A DNA stretch of 64,000 bases from an uncultured Gammaproteobacteria bacterium (GTDB lineage Bacteria; Pseudomonadota; Gammaproteobacteria; CAWJOP01): positions 668-64,667 of the forward strand of contig CAWJOP010000002.1 in the NCBI GenBank assembly GCA_963844535.1. The letters are read 5' to 3'. How positions within the stretch are numbered: position 1 is the first letter of the stretch; every line of letters begins with the position of its first letter. The notes beneath the pieces are model-generated. The model ran no database searches. It was not told where the DNA came from and saw only the letters and a list, made by a program, of their open reading frames with translations. Shown piece by piece: positions 25,913 through 36,763 of this stretch. Both the position numbers and the translations under genes were made by a program.

Positions 25913-28804
25913 CTAAGCATAATACCGTGTTTCTCCACTTGCATTTTCTATATTTTCAACACAACGTGTACAAATATCTGGATAGTTAGCTATTTGTCCA
26001 ACATCTGCTTTGCGATGCCAACAACGTATGCACTTGGGATTATTTGAGGGCAAAACTTCAATGTAAAAAGTTGTTTCGGTGGAATCTAATTCAAACGTTA
26101 CACGAGAGGCATTATTTTCGGGTGATCCAATAACAACATTTGCTTTTGAAGTAATAAAAATAAAACGAAGTTCATCATTTAAAGTATGTAGCAACTCAAA
26201 TAATAATGTTTTCTCAGGAAAATACAGCGTAACTTCCGCTTCTAGCGGAGCACCTAATTGTCCTTGATTGCGAAGATTTTCTATTTCTTTGTTCACTATT
26301 TCTCGGATGCGCATGAGAATTTGCCAATAAGCTAAGCAATTTGATGCGGGAGAAGTTTCTTTTAATAAATCATAAGCTTTGTTCAGGCGATCTTGTTCAA
26401 AGGAAAGCGATAAATTTTCATACCAAGTTAAGAGAAAAACAGATTCAGTGGTTTTTGCAGGTAAGTATTGCCAAATTTCTTCTGCTGTGAAACTTAAAAT
26501 AGGGGCCATCCATCTAACTAACATATGTAGAATGTGATACATGGCTGTCTGTGCTGATCTTCTCGCGATAGCGTCTTTTGCTACGGTGTACTGACGATCT
26601 TTAATGATATCTAGATAAAAGCTTCCCAGCTCAATAGCGCAGAAATTATGCAGTTGTTGGCAAACTAAATGGAACTGGTAATCATCATAGTTTTTTTGAA
26701 TATTGGTTTGTAAAGACAACGCACGAAGGATGGCCCAACGATCAAGCGATAATAATTGCTCAGGCATTAAGCTATGAATATTAGGATCAAAATCGTGCAA
26801 ATTTGCGAGTAAAAAACGAGCAGTGTTACGAATTCGTCGATAATTATCAGCATTGCGTTTTAGAATTTCATCGGAGACAGCTATTTCCCCGCGATAGTCC
26901 GTAGTGGCGACCCAAAAACGTAATATGTCAGCACCTAAACTATCAATAACTTTTTCGGGGGCAATCACATTGCCCAGCGATTTCGACATTTTGCGCCCTT
27001 CTGCATCAACCGTAAATCCATGCGTGAGCACTGAACGATAGGGAGCAGTTCCGTACATAGCGCTGGCTGTTAAAAGCGATGAATTAAACCAGCCGCGATG
27101 TTGATCCGATCCTTCTAAATAAAGATCGGCAGGATAATGTAGGTCAGGACGTGCTTTAAGCACTCCAGTGTGACTTACGCCAGAGTCAAACCAAACATCC
27201 AATGTATCAGATGATGGTTCATAATCATCCGCTTCTTTTCCTAGTAACGAGGGTTTATCAATTTGATACCAGGCCTCAATGCCATTTTTTTCGACTTGGT
27301 TAGCAACTTCTGCTAATAATTTTGGTGTTTCAGGATGTAATTCACCGGTTTCCTTATGCACAAAAAACGCCATGGGTACGCACCAATTACGTTGGCGTGA
27401 AATGCACCAATCGGGTCGTCCGTCGATCATGCCAAAAATACGCGTTTTACCCCAGTCGGGAATCCAATTGACTTGTGAAATAGCTTGTAAAGCAGTTTGT
27501 CTTAACCCATTTTGATCCATGCTAATAAACCATTGTGGAGTGGCTCTAAATATTAACGGCGTTTTATGGCGCCAGCAGTGCGGGTAGCTATGGGAGAAAG
27601 CCTCTGAGCGTAATAACATGCCGTGGGCGTTTAAAATTTCAATGATGTAATCATTGACTTGTACTACATGTTTTCCGCCAACTAATGGCGTGTCTGGTAT
27701 AAAAAGTCCTCGCGAGTTAACCGGATTGTTTAACGGTAAATCATAGCGAATAGCCACTAGATAATCGTCTAGACCGTGTGCCGGCGCTGTGTGCACAGCG
27801 CCAGTACCGGTTTCTACGGTGACATGCTCACCGAGCACAATGGGCACATTTCGATCATAAAAAGGATGTTTTAGTAAAATACCTGCTAATTTTTGCCCTG
27901 AAGTTTTGAGCAAAATGCTTTCTTTTTTAATCGCATAGCGTTGGATAGCATTGTCTAATAATTCTTCGGCAATCAGCAAACGTTCGGATCCTTGATCGGT
28001 CTCTACTTGAATCAGCGCGTAAGATAAATTGGGATTGAGTGAAACTGCTTGATTTGCCGGTAATGTCCAGGGAGTGGTTGTCCAGATAGGGATTGAAATG
28101 GGCCCTTCTCCTGCGTCAGAAAGATTTGCTTCAAACCGATCGAGAAAAGCTGTTTCATCTACGACACGAAAACGAACATCAATCGCTTTTGAGGTTTTGT
28201 TTTGATATTCCACCTCGGCTTCAGCTAATGCTGAACCACATTCAATACACCAATGCACCGGCTTAAAGCCTCGATGTAAATGGCCATTTTCTATGATTTT
28301 TTTTAACGATCGAATTATGTCGGCTTCATAAGAAAAATTCATCGTTAGATAAGGGTTATTCCATTCTCCGAATATTCCTAAACGGATAAAAGCTTCACGT
28401 TGAATCTCGACTTGGCTCTCAGCATAATCGCGACAGGCTTGGCGAAATTCTTTTGGAGAAACCGTTTTTTTCCCCAGTTTTTTTTCCACATTCAATTCAA
28501 TCGGCAGGCCGTGACAGTCCCAACCAGGAACAAAAGGCGCATCAAATCCGCTTAGCGATTTAGATTTAACTACGATGTCTTTCAGGATTCTATTAACTGC
28601 ATGGCCGATATGAATTTGTCCATTCGCGTAAAGCGGGCCATCATGCAAAATGAATTTTTTTGCACCTGCGCGTAATTTTCTCAGCTGCTGGTAAATTTTT
28701 TTCTCTTGCCAAAAAATTAATCGTTCAGGTTCTTGTTTTGGTAGATTTGCCTTCATCGGAAAATCAGTGTGCGGTAGGTTTAAGGTGTTTTTATAGTCAG
28801 TCAT
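25913..28804 (-). CDS. ileS: Isoleucine--tRNA ligase
   Basis: 963 aa. HIGH (GPLYANGQIHIGHA) and KMSKS motifs. C-terminal zinc-binding cysteines. Confidence 0.95.
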   Translation of the reverse strand: MTDYKNTLNLPHTDFPMKANLPKQEPERLIFWQEKKIYQQLRKLRAGAKKFILHDGPLYANGQIHIGHAVNRILKDIVVKSKSLSGFDAPFVPGWDCHGLPIELNVEKKLGKKTVSPKEFRQACRDYAESQVEIQREAFIRLGIFGEWNNPYLTMNFSYEADIIRSLKKIIENGHLHRGFKPVHWCIECGSALAEAEVEYQNKTSKAIDVRFRVVDETAFLDRFEANLSDAGEGPISIPIWTTTPWTLPANQAVSLNPNLSYALIQVETDQGSERLLIAEELLDNAIQRYAIKKESILLKTSGQKLAGILLKHPFYDRNVPIVLGEHVTVETGTGAVHTAPAHGLDDYLVAIRYDLPLNNPVNSRGLFIPDTPLVGGKHVVQVNDYIIEILNAHGMLLRSEAFSHSYPHCWRHKTPLIFRATPQWFISMDQNGLRQTALQAISQVNWIPDWGKTRIFGMIDGRPDWCISRQRNWCVPMAFFVHKETGELHPETPKLLAEVANQVEKNGIEAWYQIDKPSLLGKEADDYEPSSDTLDVWFDSGVSHTGVLKARPDLHYPADLYLEGSDQHRGWFNSSLLTASAMYGTAPYRSVLTHGFTVDAEGRKMSKSLGNVIAPEKVIDSLGADILRFWVATTDYRGEIAVSDEILKRNADNYRRIRNTARFLLANLHDFDPNIHSLMPEQLLSLDRWAILRALSLQTNIQKNYDDYQFHLVCQQLHNFCAIELGSFYLDIIKDRQYTVAKDAIARRSAQTAMYHILHMLVRWMAPILSFTAEEIWQYLPAKTTESVFLLTWYENLSLSFEQDRLNKAYDLLKETSPASNCLAYWQILMRIREIVNKEIENLRNQGQLGAPLEAEVTLYFPEKTLLFELLHTLNDELRFIFITSKANVVIGSPENNASRVTFELDSTETTFYIEVLPSNNPKCIRCWHRKADVGQIANYPDICTRCVENIENASGETRYYA

Positions 28805-29634
28805 AAGTTACATCTTAGTTGTTGAATTATAGGATGTGTATCTGGCATTACTTGATGCCACTTTAAAAAAGATTCCGCTGCTTGCTCAACTAACATACCG
28901 AGGCCATCACTGGTTGATTTAGCCTGTTTTTCTGTTGCCCAGGCTAAAAACACGGTGGGTGAAGCTTTATATACCATATCGTAACAGTACGCGTTTTTAG
29001 CGTCTACATATTGAATAGTGGTAGGTAGCTGTTGCCAGAGGCTTCCCGAAGTTGCATTAATGATCAGCTGATAGTTTAAAGTAAATGGTGGTGTGATAGA
29101 TTTAATTTCACAGGACTCTTCTGCAAAAATTTTTGCTAGCGTTTCAGCCTTTAATGAATCGCGATTTAAGATGTGAATGCAAGAGGGCTTTTCCTGAGCC
29201 AGAGCAAAAATCGCACCCCTTGCTGCTCCGCCAGCGCCTAAGACGAGTATATTTATATCTTTAATTGACCAGGCTAAATTGTTAGTTAAGTCCCGCACTA
29301 AACCAACACCATCTGTGTTGTCGCCTAACCAAGTTTCTTGATTGATAAATGTTAGCGTATTTACCGCACCTGATTGTGCTGCGCGTGTTGATAGGCCGTT
29401 TCTTTCTTGAATAATGTTAAATGCCCAAACTTTATAGGGCAGTGTAATATTTAGTCCACTGTAATCTTCATTGAATAATTGTGTCAGTGTTTGGATAAGA
29501 TGAATTTGCGTAGCGCAGTCGCGATTTAATGCTTCATAGGACAACTCGATGCCTGTTTGTTTAGCAAATTGTTGATGAATGAAAGGCGAAAGGCTTTGTG
29601 AAATGGGGTTACCGATCACGGCGTATTTTTTCAT
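28801..29634 (-). CDS. aroE: Shikimate dehydrogenase
   Basis: 277 aa. N-terminal YAVIGNPISQSLSPFIH and Rossmann motif GAGGAARG. Confidence 0.85.
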   Translation of the reverse strand: MKKYAVIGNPISQSLSPFIHQQFAKQTGIELSYEALNRDCATQIHLIQTLTQLFNEDYSGLNITLPYKVWAFNIIQERNGLSTRAAQSGAVNTLTFINQETWLGDNTDGVGLVRDLTNNLAWSIKDINILVLGAGGAARGAIFALAQEKPSCIHILNRDSLKAETLAKIFAEESCEIKSITPPFTLNYQLIINATSGSLWQQLPTTIQYVDAKNAYCYDMVYKASPTVFLAWATEKQAKSTSDGLGMLVEQAAESFLKWHQVMPDTHPIIQQLRCNL

Positions 29635-29657
29635 TTTACTTTAGAGGCTATTGATAT

Positions 29658-30794
29658 TTAAAAATAATCTTGATAATTCATCACGCGAATTCTTTTATCA
29701 TAAGGAAATTCTTTTCCTCGATATAACAAATAACCTTGATCTCCTTTTTCCATAAATTCTTCCAGAGCATTTACCATCATCGGCTTAAAGGTTTCGCCGC
29801 TTTTAATTTCGATTAATTCTTTGTGAGTTTTCCGATCAATAATCAAATCAACTTCAGCGCCGTGGCTGGTGCGAATATAAAATAATTCTGCGTGTGTTTT
29901 ACGATGCAATTCACGTTTTAGAACTTCACTCACAATATAATTCTCAAAGATACTACCAGTCATGGGGCCTTGTTCAAATAACCGTGTTGAATGAATGCCA
30001 GTTAGATAGGAAACTAATCCCGTGTCATAAAAATAAATTTTAGGACTTTTTATGATCCGTTTACCAAAATTTCTGTGATAGGGGGGTAAAAGAAAAACAA
30101 TGTAAGAAGCCTCTAAAATGGAAATCCAGCGTTTGATCGTTTTTACATCAACGCCTAAATCAGTTGCATATCGATTAAAATTTAATTGCTGTGCAGTATT
30201 TGCGGCAAGCAAAGAAATCAATTGGCGAAAATCCCTTTTATCACCAATTTGAGCGAGTGCACTCACATCTCTTGTAATGTAGGTTTCTAAATAGGATGAA
30301 AACCAATCCGACGCCAAATGATATTTTTTATTGATGAGTTCGGGATATCCTCCTTGATAAATAGATTCTTTGCGTAGTGATTTTGGAACTTCAGTAATTT
30401 CATAAGGTAGCAACGATAATAAGCCAATACGCCCTGCCAACGACTCAGTAATGCTTTTCATTAAAGTGAACTGCGCGGATCCGGTTAAAACGAACTTACC
30501 ATAGGTTTGTCGGTTTTTATCGACCGCCAGCTTGATATGGTTAAATAATTCAGGCGCTTTTTGCGCCTCGTCAAAGATAACTTTATCCGCATATAACCGC
30601 ATGAATCTTTCAGGATCATGATAAAAAAAATTGAGCAATTGGTAGTCATCGAAGCTTACATATTGATAATCTTTTAACAAATGTAAAAGTAGGGTAGATT
30701 TCCCTGATTGACGCGGGCCAGTCAAACCAACTACAGAGAAATTCTGTAAATATTCCTGAAGTTTGCTTTCTAGTTGGCGGTGATGGTAGCGCAT
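29658..30794 (-). CDS. AAA+ ATPase of the DUF4143-type family
   Basis: 378 aa. Walker A GLTGPRQSGKSTLL near the N-terminus. Overall architecture typical of the ATPase (AAA) plus DUF4143 family. Confidence 0.6.
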   Translation of the reverse strand: MRYHHRQLESKLQEYLQNFSVVGLTGPRQSGKSTLLLHLLKDYQYVSFDDYQLLNFFYHDPERFMRLYADKVIFDEAQKAPELFNHIKLAVDKNRQTYGKFVLTGSAQFTLMKSITESLAGRIGLLSLLPYEITEVPKSLRKESIYQGGYPELINKKYHLASDWFSSYLETYITRDVSALAQIGDKRDFRQLISLLAANTAQQLNFNRYATDLGVDVKTIKRWISILEASYIVFLLPPYHRNFGKRIIKSPKIYFYDTGLVSYLTGIHSTRLFEQGPMTGSIFENYIVSEVLKRELHRKTHAELFYIRTSHGAEVDLIIDRKTHKELIEIKSGETFKPMMVNALEEFMEKGDQGYLLYRGKEFPYDKRIRVMNYQDYF

Positions 30795-30798
30795 AGTT

Positions 30799-30833
30799 GT
30801 GTAAATATGGAATTGAATTCCATATTTACACAG
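30799..30833. promoter_or_regulatory. Perfect 35-bp palindrome (17+1+17) TGTGTAAATATGGAATT-G-AATTCCATATTTACACA, 4 bp upstream of the AAA+ ATPase start codon
   Basis: Seen directly. No U-tract follows on either strand, so it is not a canonical terminator. Its position fits an operator or a 5'-UTR hairpin. Confidence 0.4.
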
Positions 30834-30898
30834 ATATAGTTGATTTGCAAGCCTACTTTTCTAGGAATTTAGGCGTTTTGCAAATTTTGCTTTGCTAT

Positions 30899-30927
30899 CG
30901 ACGTGCCGCGACTTGTTCGCGGCATCC
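30899..30927. repeat. REP-like GC-rich palindrome CGACGTGCCGCGACTTGTTCGCGGCATCC
   Basis: Same family as the copies at 61258..61287 and 61386..61414 (inverted). Stem GCCGCGA/TCGCGGC. Lies between the ankyrin gene and the ATPase gene. Confidence 0.55.
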
Positions 30928-30976
30928 AGCCATCGATCTTGAATTAACAGCAAATCTCTATTTGTTAAATGGCAAA

Positions 30977-31789
30977 TCAATTATTTTGGGCTGTAAAAAT
31001 CGAATTATTAGCGCTTATTTCTAGTAATTTCTGCTGGATAACTTGGTCGTATGCTGTTTTTAATCGACCATCTTGTAAAGCAGCTATTTGTTCTGGGGTT
31101 AATTCATCTAACTTACTTGCTAGTTCTTTACCCTCGAAGATATTAATCAACAGATTTGCTAGCTGTGATTTTACCGATTTTTCATAGGGAAATGGTTCTT
31201 TGAAAAAGGTAATGTTGGCTTTTATTTGAGCTTTTAAGGGGGAGACAACTTTTTTATAAAAGAAAGAATTTAACTCTTTATCTATATCTGATCTGTATTT
31301 GTATAAATCGATAAGCGCACTTATTTTGTTAGGTTGTTTGCCCGCGTCTCCTTCGTAACATTGATTATAATATTTATCAGGATCAAATTTGGCTCCTGAT
31401 AAGAGTAGAAGTTTGGTAGCCTCAAAATTGCCATGGCGAATTGCCGCAGAAAGTGGCGTTTCAACATATTCTGGTCGGACTGATGGTATCCATTCCAAAA
31501 CGATTCTTTTATTACTAATAGTTTTTTTGATTTCTTCATCTTTTAACAAAAATTCGATTATTGCCGTTGAGCCTACTGCGGCGGCGAAATAAAGTAATGA
31601 AGAACCGGGGGTAATAAAATAACTATACTCTTCTGCAAGTGTTACTTGACTCAGCTTAAAGTTTTTATTTTTCGTCTTATAATCTTTTACCAATTGCTCA
31701 AATAAGTTGAGATTATTTTGCTCTATTGCATCAAATAATGATTGACCATTTGGCTTTATTAATGATTCATATAATTCTTTCTGATCCAT
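30977..31789 (-). CDS. Ankyrin-repeat protein (candidate Dot/Icm effector)
   Basis: 270 aa. At least two ANK-like repeats (SSLLYFAAAVGSTAIIEFLLKDEE; ETPLSAAIRHGNFEATKLLLLSGAKFDPD). No signal peptide. Confidence 0.55.
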   Translation of the reverse strand: MDQKELYESLIKPNGQSLFDAIEQNNLNLFEQLVKDYKTKNKNFKLSQVTLAEEYSYFITPGSSLLYFAAAVGSTAIIEFLLKDEEIKKTISNKRIVLEWIPSVRPEYVETPLSAAIRHGNFEATKLLLLSGAKFDPDKYYNQCYEGDAGKQPNKISALIDLYKYRSDIDKELNSFFYKKVVSPLKAQIKANITFFKEPFPYEKSVKSQLANLLINIFEGKELASKLDELTPEQIAALQDGRLKTAYDQVIQQKLLEISANNSIFTAQNN

Positions 31790-31984
31790 TTTAATACCTC
31801 ATAACAACATATGGATTTAATGTTCAGTAGAGTATCATGGTAATCTTAAGGATTTATTAAGGCGGGAAAAATTTTTAAAAATAAAGGACTACATCATTGA
31901 CATAGCAATAATTCTTAAATTCCTGTTGGCCAATAGGGTTTACACCTTTTTCCTATGAATAAAGTGCGTAAGATCACTTTTTCC

Positions 31985-32716
31985 CTAGGAATGTTCTTTT
32001 AGAAATTCATCGAGGAGCTGTTTTTCTGCTTCACTTAAATCGTGTAAAGCTAGTAAATCTGGTCTTCTAAGATAAGTTCTCCCTAACGCTTGTTTCAGTC
32101 GCCAACGTTCAATTGCTTTATGATCGCCACGTAACAGTACTTCAGGTACTTTCATGCCGTTTAATTCATCGGGACGGGTGTAGTGAGGGTAGTCTAAAAG
32201 TCCTGTGGTAAAAGATTCTTGCTTTGCGGAATCTTCGTCGCCCAGTGCTCCCGGCAATAAGCGGATGATGCTGTCTATGATTACCATTGCTGCTAACTCT
32301 CCTCCAGATAAAACGTAATCACCAATGGACCACTCTTCGTCTACTTCTGTTTCTATCACTCTTTCATCGATGCCTTCATAACGGCCAGCAATTAAAATTA
32401 GCTCGGGGTAGGTTGAGAAAGTGGCTAAGTGTTGTTGTGAAATTGTTTTACCTTGCGGGGATAAATAAAAAACTTTAGCCGCCGGACAAGTTTTTTTTGC
32501 TGCATTGATCGCAGAGGATAAAGGCGCGACTTTCATTAGCATGCCAGGGCCGCCGCCATAAGGTTTGTCATCAACAGTTCTATGCTTGTCGGTAGTAAAA
32601 TCGCGTGGGTTTATGCATTGTAGCGTTAATAAATTTCGTTCGATCGCCCTTTTGGGGATGCCATAATTTAAAGCAGCTAACATTTCTGGGAAAAGTGTAA
32701 TGACACTTATTTTCAT
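31985..32716 (-). CDS. trmD: tRNA (guanine37-N1)-methyltransferase
   Basis: Starts [12 protein letters not shown] at the ATG at 32716. The listed ORF has a 10-codon N-terminal extension. rimM-trmD operon context. Confidence 0.9.
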   Translation of the reverse strand: MKISVITLFPEMLAALNYGIPKRAIERNLLTLQCINPRDFTTDKHRTVDDKPYGGGPGMLMKVAPLSSAINAAKKTCPAAKVFYLSPQGKTISQQHLATFSTYPELILIAGRYEGIDERVIETEVDEEWSIGDYVLSGGELAAMVIIDSIIRLLPGALGDEDSAKQESFTTGLLDYPHYTRPDELNGMKVPEVLLRGDHKAIERWRLKQALGRTYLRRPDLLALHDLSEAEKQLLDEFLKEHS

Positions 32717-32727
32717 ATTAGATTCTC

Positions 32728-33228
32728 TTAAAAATCTTCTTCCCAATCGACAATGATCTGCTTGGTAATCAGATCAACTTTCTGAATGACTCGCTGTTGT
32801 AAATAAGGGATAAAATGGGTTTTTTCACCAACAACTACCAGCACATCATTAGCACCGGTTTCAAATAAGCGATCGACAACACCTAAAGAAACACCGTTGG
32901 AATTAATAACGGTAAGACCAATTAGTTGTGACCAATAGTATTTGCCATCAGGTAATTTTGGCAGCTGATCTTCGTGGATGCCTATTTTGATAGCATTATA
33001 TCGACGCACATCTTCCGGTGTATGACAATCTTCGAGCTGAACAATTACTTGGTTACCCAGCAAACGACTCGCTTTAATTGGTGCGGTTACCCAATGATGG
33101 TTCAAATAAAGCTGCCAGGGTAGATAATTGAGAATATTTTCTTTTGGCTCGGTGTTGGAGATAACTTTTATCCAGCCCTTAACTCCGTGCGAGCCGCCTA
33201 AATGTCCAATGGTGATAATAGATGACAC
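32728..33228 (-). CDS. rimM: 16S rRNA processing protein RimM (probable GTG start)
   Basis: Conserved [16 protein letters not shown] near the N-terminus. The listed ORF would overlap rpsP by 73 nt. The GTG at 33228 lies just after the rpsP stop. Confidence 0.7.
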   Translation of the reverse strand: MSSIITIGHLGGSHGVKGWIKVISNTEPKENILNYLPWQLYLNHHWVTAPIKASRLLGNQVIVQLEDCHTPEDVRRYNAIKIGIHEDQLPKLPDGKYYWSQLIGLTVINSNGVSLGVVDRLFETGANDVLVVVGEKTHFIPYLQQRVIQKVDLITKQIIVDWEEDF

Positions 33229-33242
33229 AAAACTTGCGGAAT

Positions 33243-33485
33243 TTAAGCAGCCTTGGAAGCTTGTTTGATTAAGCGAGTGACTCGCTCGGAAGGTTGCGCG
33301 CCTTGAGAAAGCCAATAAGTCACGCGATCGCTATTGAGCTTTAATTCATCTACTTGAGAGGAAGGGTTGTAATACCCTAAACGTTCAATGCAGCGACCAT
33401 TACGCGCACGACGGCTGTCTGCCACAACGACATGATAAAACGGTCGCTTTTTAGCGCCACCACGAGCTAAACGAATTGTAACCAT
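33243..33485 (-). CDS. rpsP: 30S ribosomal protein S16
   Basis: 80 aa beginning [17 protein letters not shown]. Confidence 0.95.
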   Translation of the reverse strand: MVTIRLARGGAKKRPFYHVVVADSRRARNGRCIERLGYYNPSSQVDELKLNSDRVTYWLSQGAQPSERVTRLIKQASKAA

Positions 33486-33595
33486 ATTTTTTACTCTTGA
33501 ATTGAAAAAAGCTTATTATATGCAACTTTATTAAGGTTGCAAGAAAAGCACCCAATTTTTATGGATTTAGGACTACTATTAGGGAATAAGCAGCC

Positions 33596-36500
33596 ATGTG
33601 GATTGTAAAGATTGCCCTTTCACGGCCCTACACTTTTATTGTTATGGCTCTTATGCTGTTTATTCTCGGGGTCCTATCCATTATCCGTATGCCGACCGAT
33701 ATTTTTCCGAATATTGGCATCCCAGTCGTTAGCGTAGTATGGACTTATACCGGTCTACCACCTGAGGAAATGGCAGATCGAATCACCAGCGTCTTCGAGC
33801 GAGCGGTGACCACGACGGTTAATGACATTGAGCATATTGAGTCAGAGTCATTGATTGGTGTAAGTGTAATTAAGCTATTTTTCCAACCAGGAGTTAATAT
33901 TGACATTGCATTGAGCCAAGTAACGGCTATTGCACAAACCATTCTGCGATTTTTACCTCCTGGAACTACACCACCTTTAGTGTTGAGCTACAATGCTTCT
34001 ACAGTGCCTCTTTTACAGATTATTTTATCGAGCACTACGTTACCTGAACAAACCCTCAATGATTTAGCGAATAATTTTATTCGTACCCAGCTTGCTACGG
34101 TGCAAGGTGCGGCCCTTCCTTTTGCTTATGGTGGGAAAACACGTCAAATTCAAGTCGATATTAATCCTCAGGCCATGCAAACCTATGGAGTATCTCCGCA
34201 AGCGGTCAATGCCGCAATTGATGCGCAAAATCTAATTTTACCAGCAGGCACAGAAAAAATTGGCTTGTATGAATATATTGTCAAGCTCAATAGTAGCCCT
34301 CTATTGGTAGAGGAATTAAATCAAATGCCGATTAAAACAAATTACGGCGGCGTGCTTTATATTCGTGATGTTGCTCATGTGCGAGATGGTTTTGCACCAC
34401 AAACTAATATTGTTCGGGTGGATGGTAAACGTGCGGTGATGATGTCTGTGCAAAAGACTGGCAATGCTTCAACATTGAGTATTGTTAATCGAGTTAAAGC
34501 GCTGCTACCAAAAATCAGAGAAAGTATGCCGGCAGGATTAAATCTAGCAATGTTTGCTGATCAATCTATATTTGTAACTGCGGCAATTAGCGGTGTGATT
34601 AGGGAAGGAGTGATTGCCGCTTTCCTAACTGGATTGATGATTTTGCTTTTTCTAGGTAGTTGGCGTAGTACTTTTATTATTACACTTTCAATTCCACTTT
34701 CTATGTTAGCGTCAATTATTGCGCTTTCTGCGTTAGGCCAGACCATTAACATCATGACATTGGGCGGATTAGCATTGGCGGTTGGTATTTTAGTAGATGA
34801 TGCCACTGTGGCGGTTGAAAATATCAATTGGAATCTAGATCAAGGCAAAGAAATAGAGCAAGCGATTTTAGATGGCGCACAACAAATTGCAATACCTGCT
34901 TTTGTTTCTACGTTATGTATTTGTATTGTTTTTATCCCGATGTTTTTCTTGGGTGGTGTTGCACAGTATTTATTTGTGCCACTTGCAGAAGCAGTTATCT
35001 TTGCTATGTTAGCTTCTTATTTTTTGTCACGTACCTTGGTTGCCACTTTAGCTAAATATTTGTTGTATAAAAAAAGTGATGCCGCTTTGCAAGCTGGTGC
35101 ACAGCATGCAGGTATGCATTTTCATCAGCTATTTACCCAACATTTTGAAAAATTACGTCAACGTTATCGTGAGTCATTATCGTCTGTATTGCAAAACACA
35201 AAAAATTTTATTATCTGTTTCATGGCCTTTTTATTGATTTCACTAGTATTATTGCTACCGTGGTTAGGTTCAGATTTTTTCCCTAATGTAGATGCAGGGC
35301 AAATTAAATTACATTTACGTGCGCCTACTGGTACACGAGTGGAAGAAACAGCGAGATTGTCAGATGAAATTGAGGCAGTAATTCGGCGCGTTATTCCACC
35401 ACGAGAAGTGGCGGGGATTGTAGATAACATTGGCTTGCCGGTAAGCGGTATTAATTTATCTTATAGTAATTCTGCAGCAGTTGGTCCTGAAGATGCTGAT
35501 ATTTTAATTTCACTAAAAGCTAGGCATCGTGCAACTGAAGATTATGTGCGCAAATTAAGACGTGAGTTAAAAAATAATTTTCCTGGCATGACATTTGCTT
35601 TTTTACCCGCTGATATTGTTAACCAAATTCTTAATTTTGGTTTGCCCTCACCGATCAATTTACAAGTTATCGGCTTAAAGCTTACCGAAAATCGTCAGTA
35701 CGCCAATATGCTATTAGAGCAGTTAAGGCATGTACCAGGCTTGGTCGATGTACGTACTCGGCAAGCATATAATTATCCACAATTGTCAGTAAATGTTGAT
35801 CGTAGTCTTGCGCGTGAATTAGGGTTTACACAACTTGATGTAGCCAACAATTTATTAATTTCACTTTCCGGTAGTTTTCAAACAACACCAACTTTTTGGC
35901 TCGATCCGAAAAATGGAGTTTCTTATCCGATTGTTACACAAACACCACAGTATGCGATGAATTCATTGCAAGCATTGCGTAACATACCGATCGCTAATTT
36001 GAATATGACTACAGCCCCACAAATTTTAGGAGCATTAGCGACAATTAAGCGTACTGGAGTGCCGGTAGTTGAATCACATTACAATGTTCAACCCGTTATC
36101 GATATTTTTGCGTCGGTGCAAGATCGTGATTTGGGTGCTGTTGCGCATGATATTAATAAGATCATCAGCCATACCAAAAACGCAGTACCAAAAGGATCCA
36201 GTGTTATTGCGCGCGGCCAAATGGAAACACAGCATCACGCTTTTCGGGGGTTATATGCAGGATTGGCATTTTCTATTTTATTGGTTTATTTGCTGATTGT
36301 GGTGAATTTTCAATCTTGGCTTGATCCTTTCATCATTATTACTGCACTGCCTGCGGCATTAACTGGTATTGTGTGGATGTTATTTTTAACGCACACCACG
36401 TTAAGCGTACCAGCATTAACCGGCGCTATTATGTGCATGGGAGTAGCAACAGCAAATAGTATTTTGGTGATTAGCTTTGCGCGTCAGCATATGGCAGAAG

Positions 36501-36763
36501 GGCATGATCCTATGACTGCAGCTATTGAGGCTGGCGTGACGCGTATGCGACCGGTGTTGATGACAGCGCTTGCGATGATTATCGGTATGTTGCCAATGGC
36601 GTTGGGTATGGGTGAAGGCGGTGAACAAAATGCGCCATTAGGCCGTGCAGTAATTGGCGGGTTATCGTTTGCAACGGTGGCCACGTTATTTTTTGTGCCA
36701 GCGGTTTTTTATACTATTCATCATCGCAAACAAAAATCAGCTCAAGGACAAACGCATGCTTAA
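33596..36763 (+). CDS. RND-family efflux transporter (AcrB/CzcA-like) inner-membrane subunit
   Basis: 1055 aa. 12 TM helices with two large periplasmic loops. N-terminus MWIVKIALSRPYTFIVMALMLFILG is typical of RND transporters. Confidence 0.85.
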   Translation: MWIVKIALSRPYTFIVMALMLFILGVLSIIRMPTDIFPNIGIPVVSVVWTYTGLPPEEMADRITSVFERAVTTTVNDIEHIESESLIGVSVIKLFFQPGVNIDIALSQVTAIAQTILRFLPPGTTPPLVLSYNASTVPLLQIILSSTTLPEQTLNDLANNFIRTQLATVQGAALPFAYGGKTRQIQVDINPQAMQTYGVSPQAVNAAIDAQNLILPAGTEKIGLYEYIVKLNSSPLLVEELNQMPIKTNYGGVLYIRDVAHVRDGFAPQTNIVRVDGKRAVMMSVQKTGNASTLSIVNRVKALLPKIRESMPAGLNLAMFADQSIFVTAAISGVIREGVIAAFLTGLMILLFLGSWRSTFIITLSIPLSMLASIIALSALGQTINIMTLGGLALAVGILVDDATVAVENINWNLDQGKEIEQAILDGAQQIAIPAFVSTLCICIVFIPMFFLGGVAQYLFVPLAEAVIFAMLASYFLSRTLVATLAKYLLYKKSDAALQAGAQHAGMHFHQLFTQHFEKLRQRYRESLSSVLQNTKNFIICFMAFLLISLVLLLPWLGSDFFPNVDAGQIKLHLRAPTGTRVEETARLSDEIEAVIRRVIPPREVAGIVDNIGLPVSGINLSYSNSAAVGPEDADILISLKARHRATEDYVRKLRRELKNNFPGMTFAFLPADIVNQILNFGLPSPINLQVIGLKLTENRQYANMLLEQLRHVPGLVDVRTRQAYNYPQLSVNVDRSLARELGFTQLDVANNLLISLSGSFQTTPTFWLDPKNGVSYPIVTQTPQYAMNSLQALRNIPIANLNMTTAPQILGALATIKRTGVPVVESHYNVQPVIDIFASVQDRDLGAVAHDINKIISHTKNAVPKGSSVIARGQMETQHHAFRGLYAGLAFSILLVYLLIVVNFQSWLDPFIIITALPAALTGIVWMLFLTHTTLSVPALTGAIMCMGVATANSILVISFARQHMAEGHDPMTAAIEAGVTRMRPVLMTALAMIIGMLPMALGMGEGGEQNAPLGRAVIGGLSFATVATLFFVPAVFYTIHHRKQKSAQGQTHA

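Noticed and set aside
36654-36755. Upstream extension of the membrane-fusion-protein ORF overlapping the RND gene by 110 nt
   Set aside because: The ATG at 36756 has an AAGGA ribosome-binding site and gives a typical stop/start overlap. The extension would be translated from within the RND coding region.
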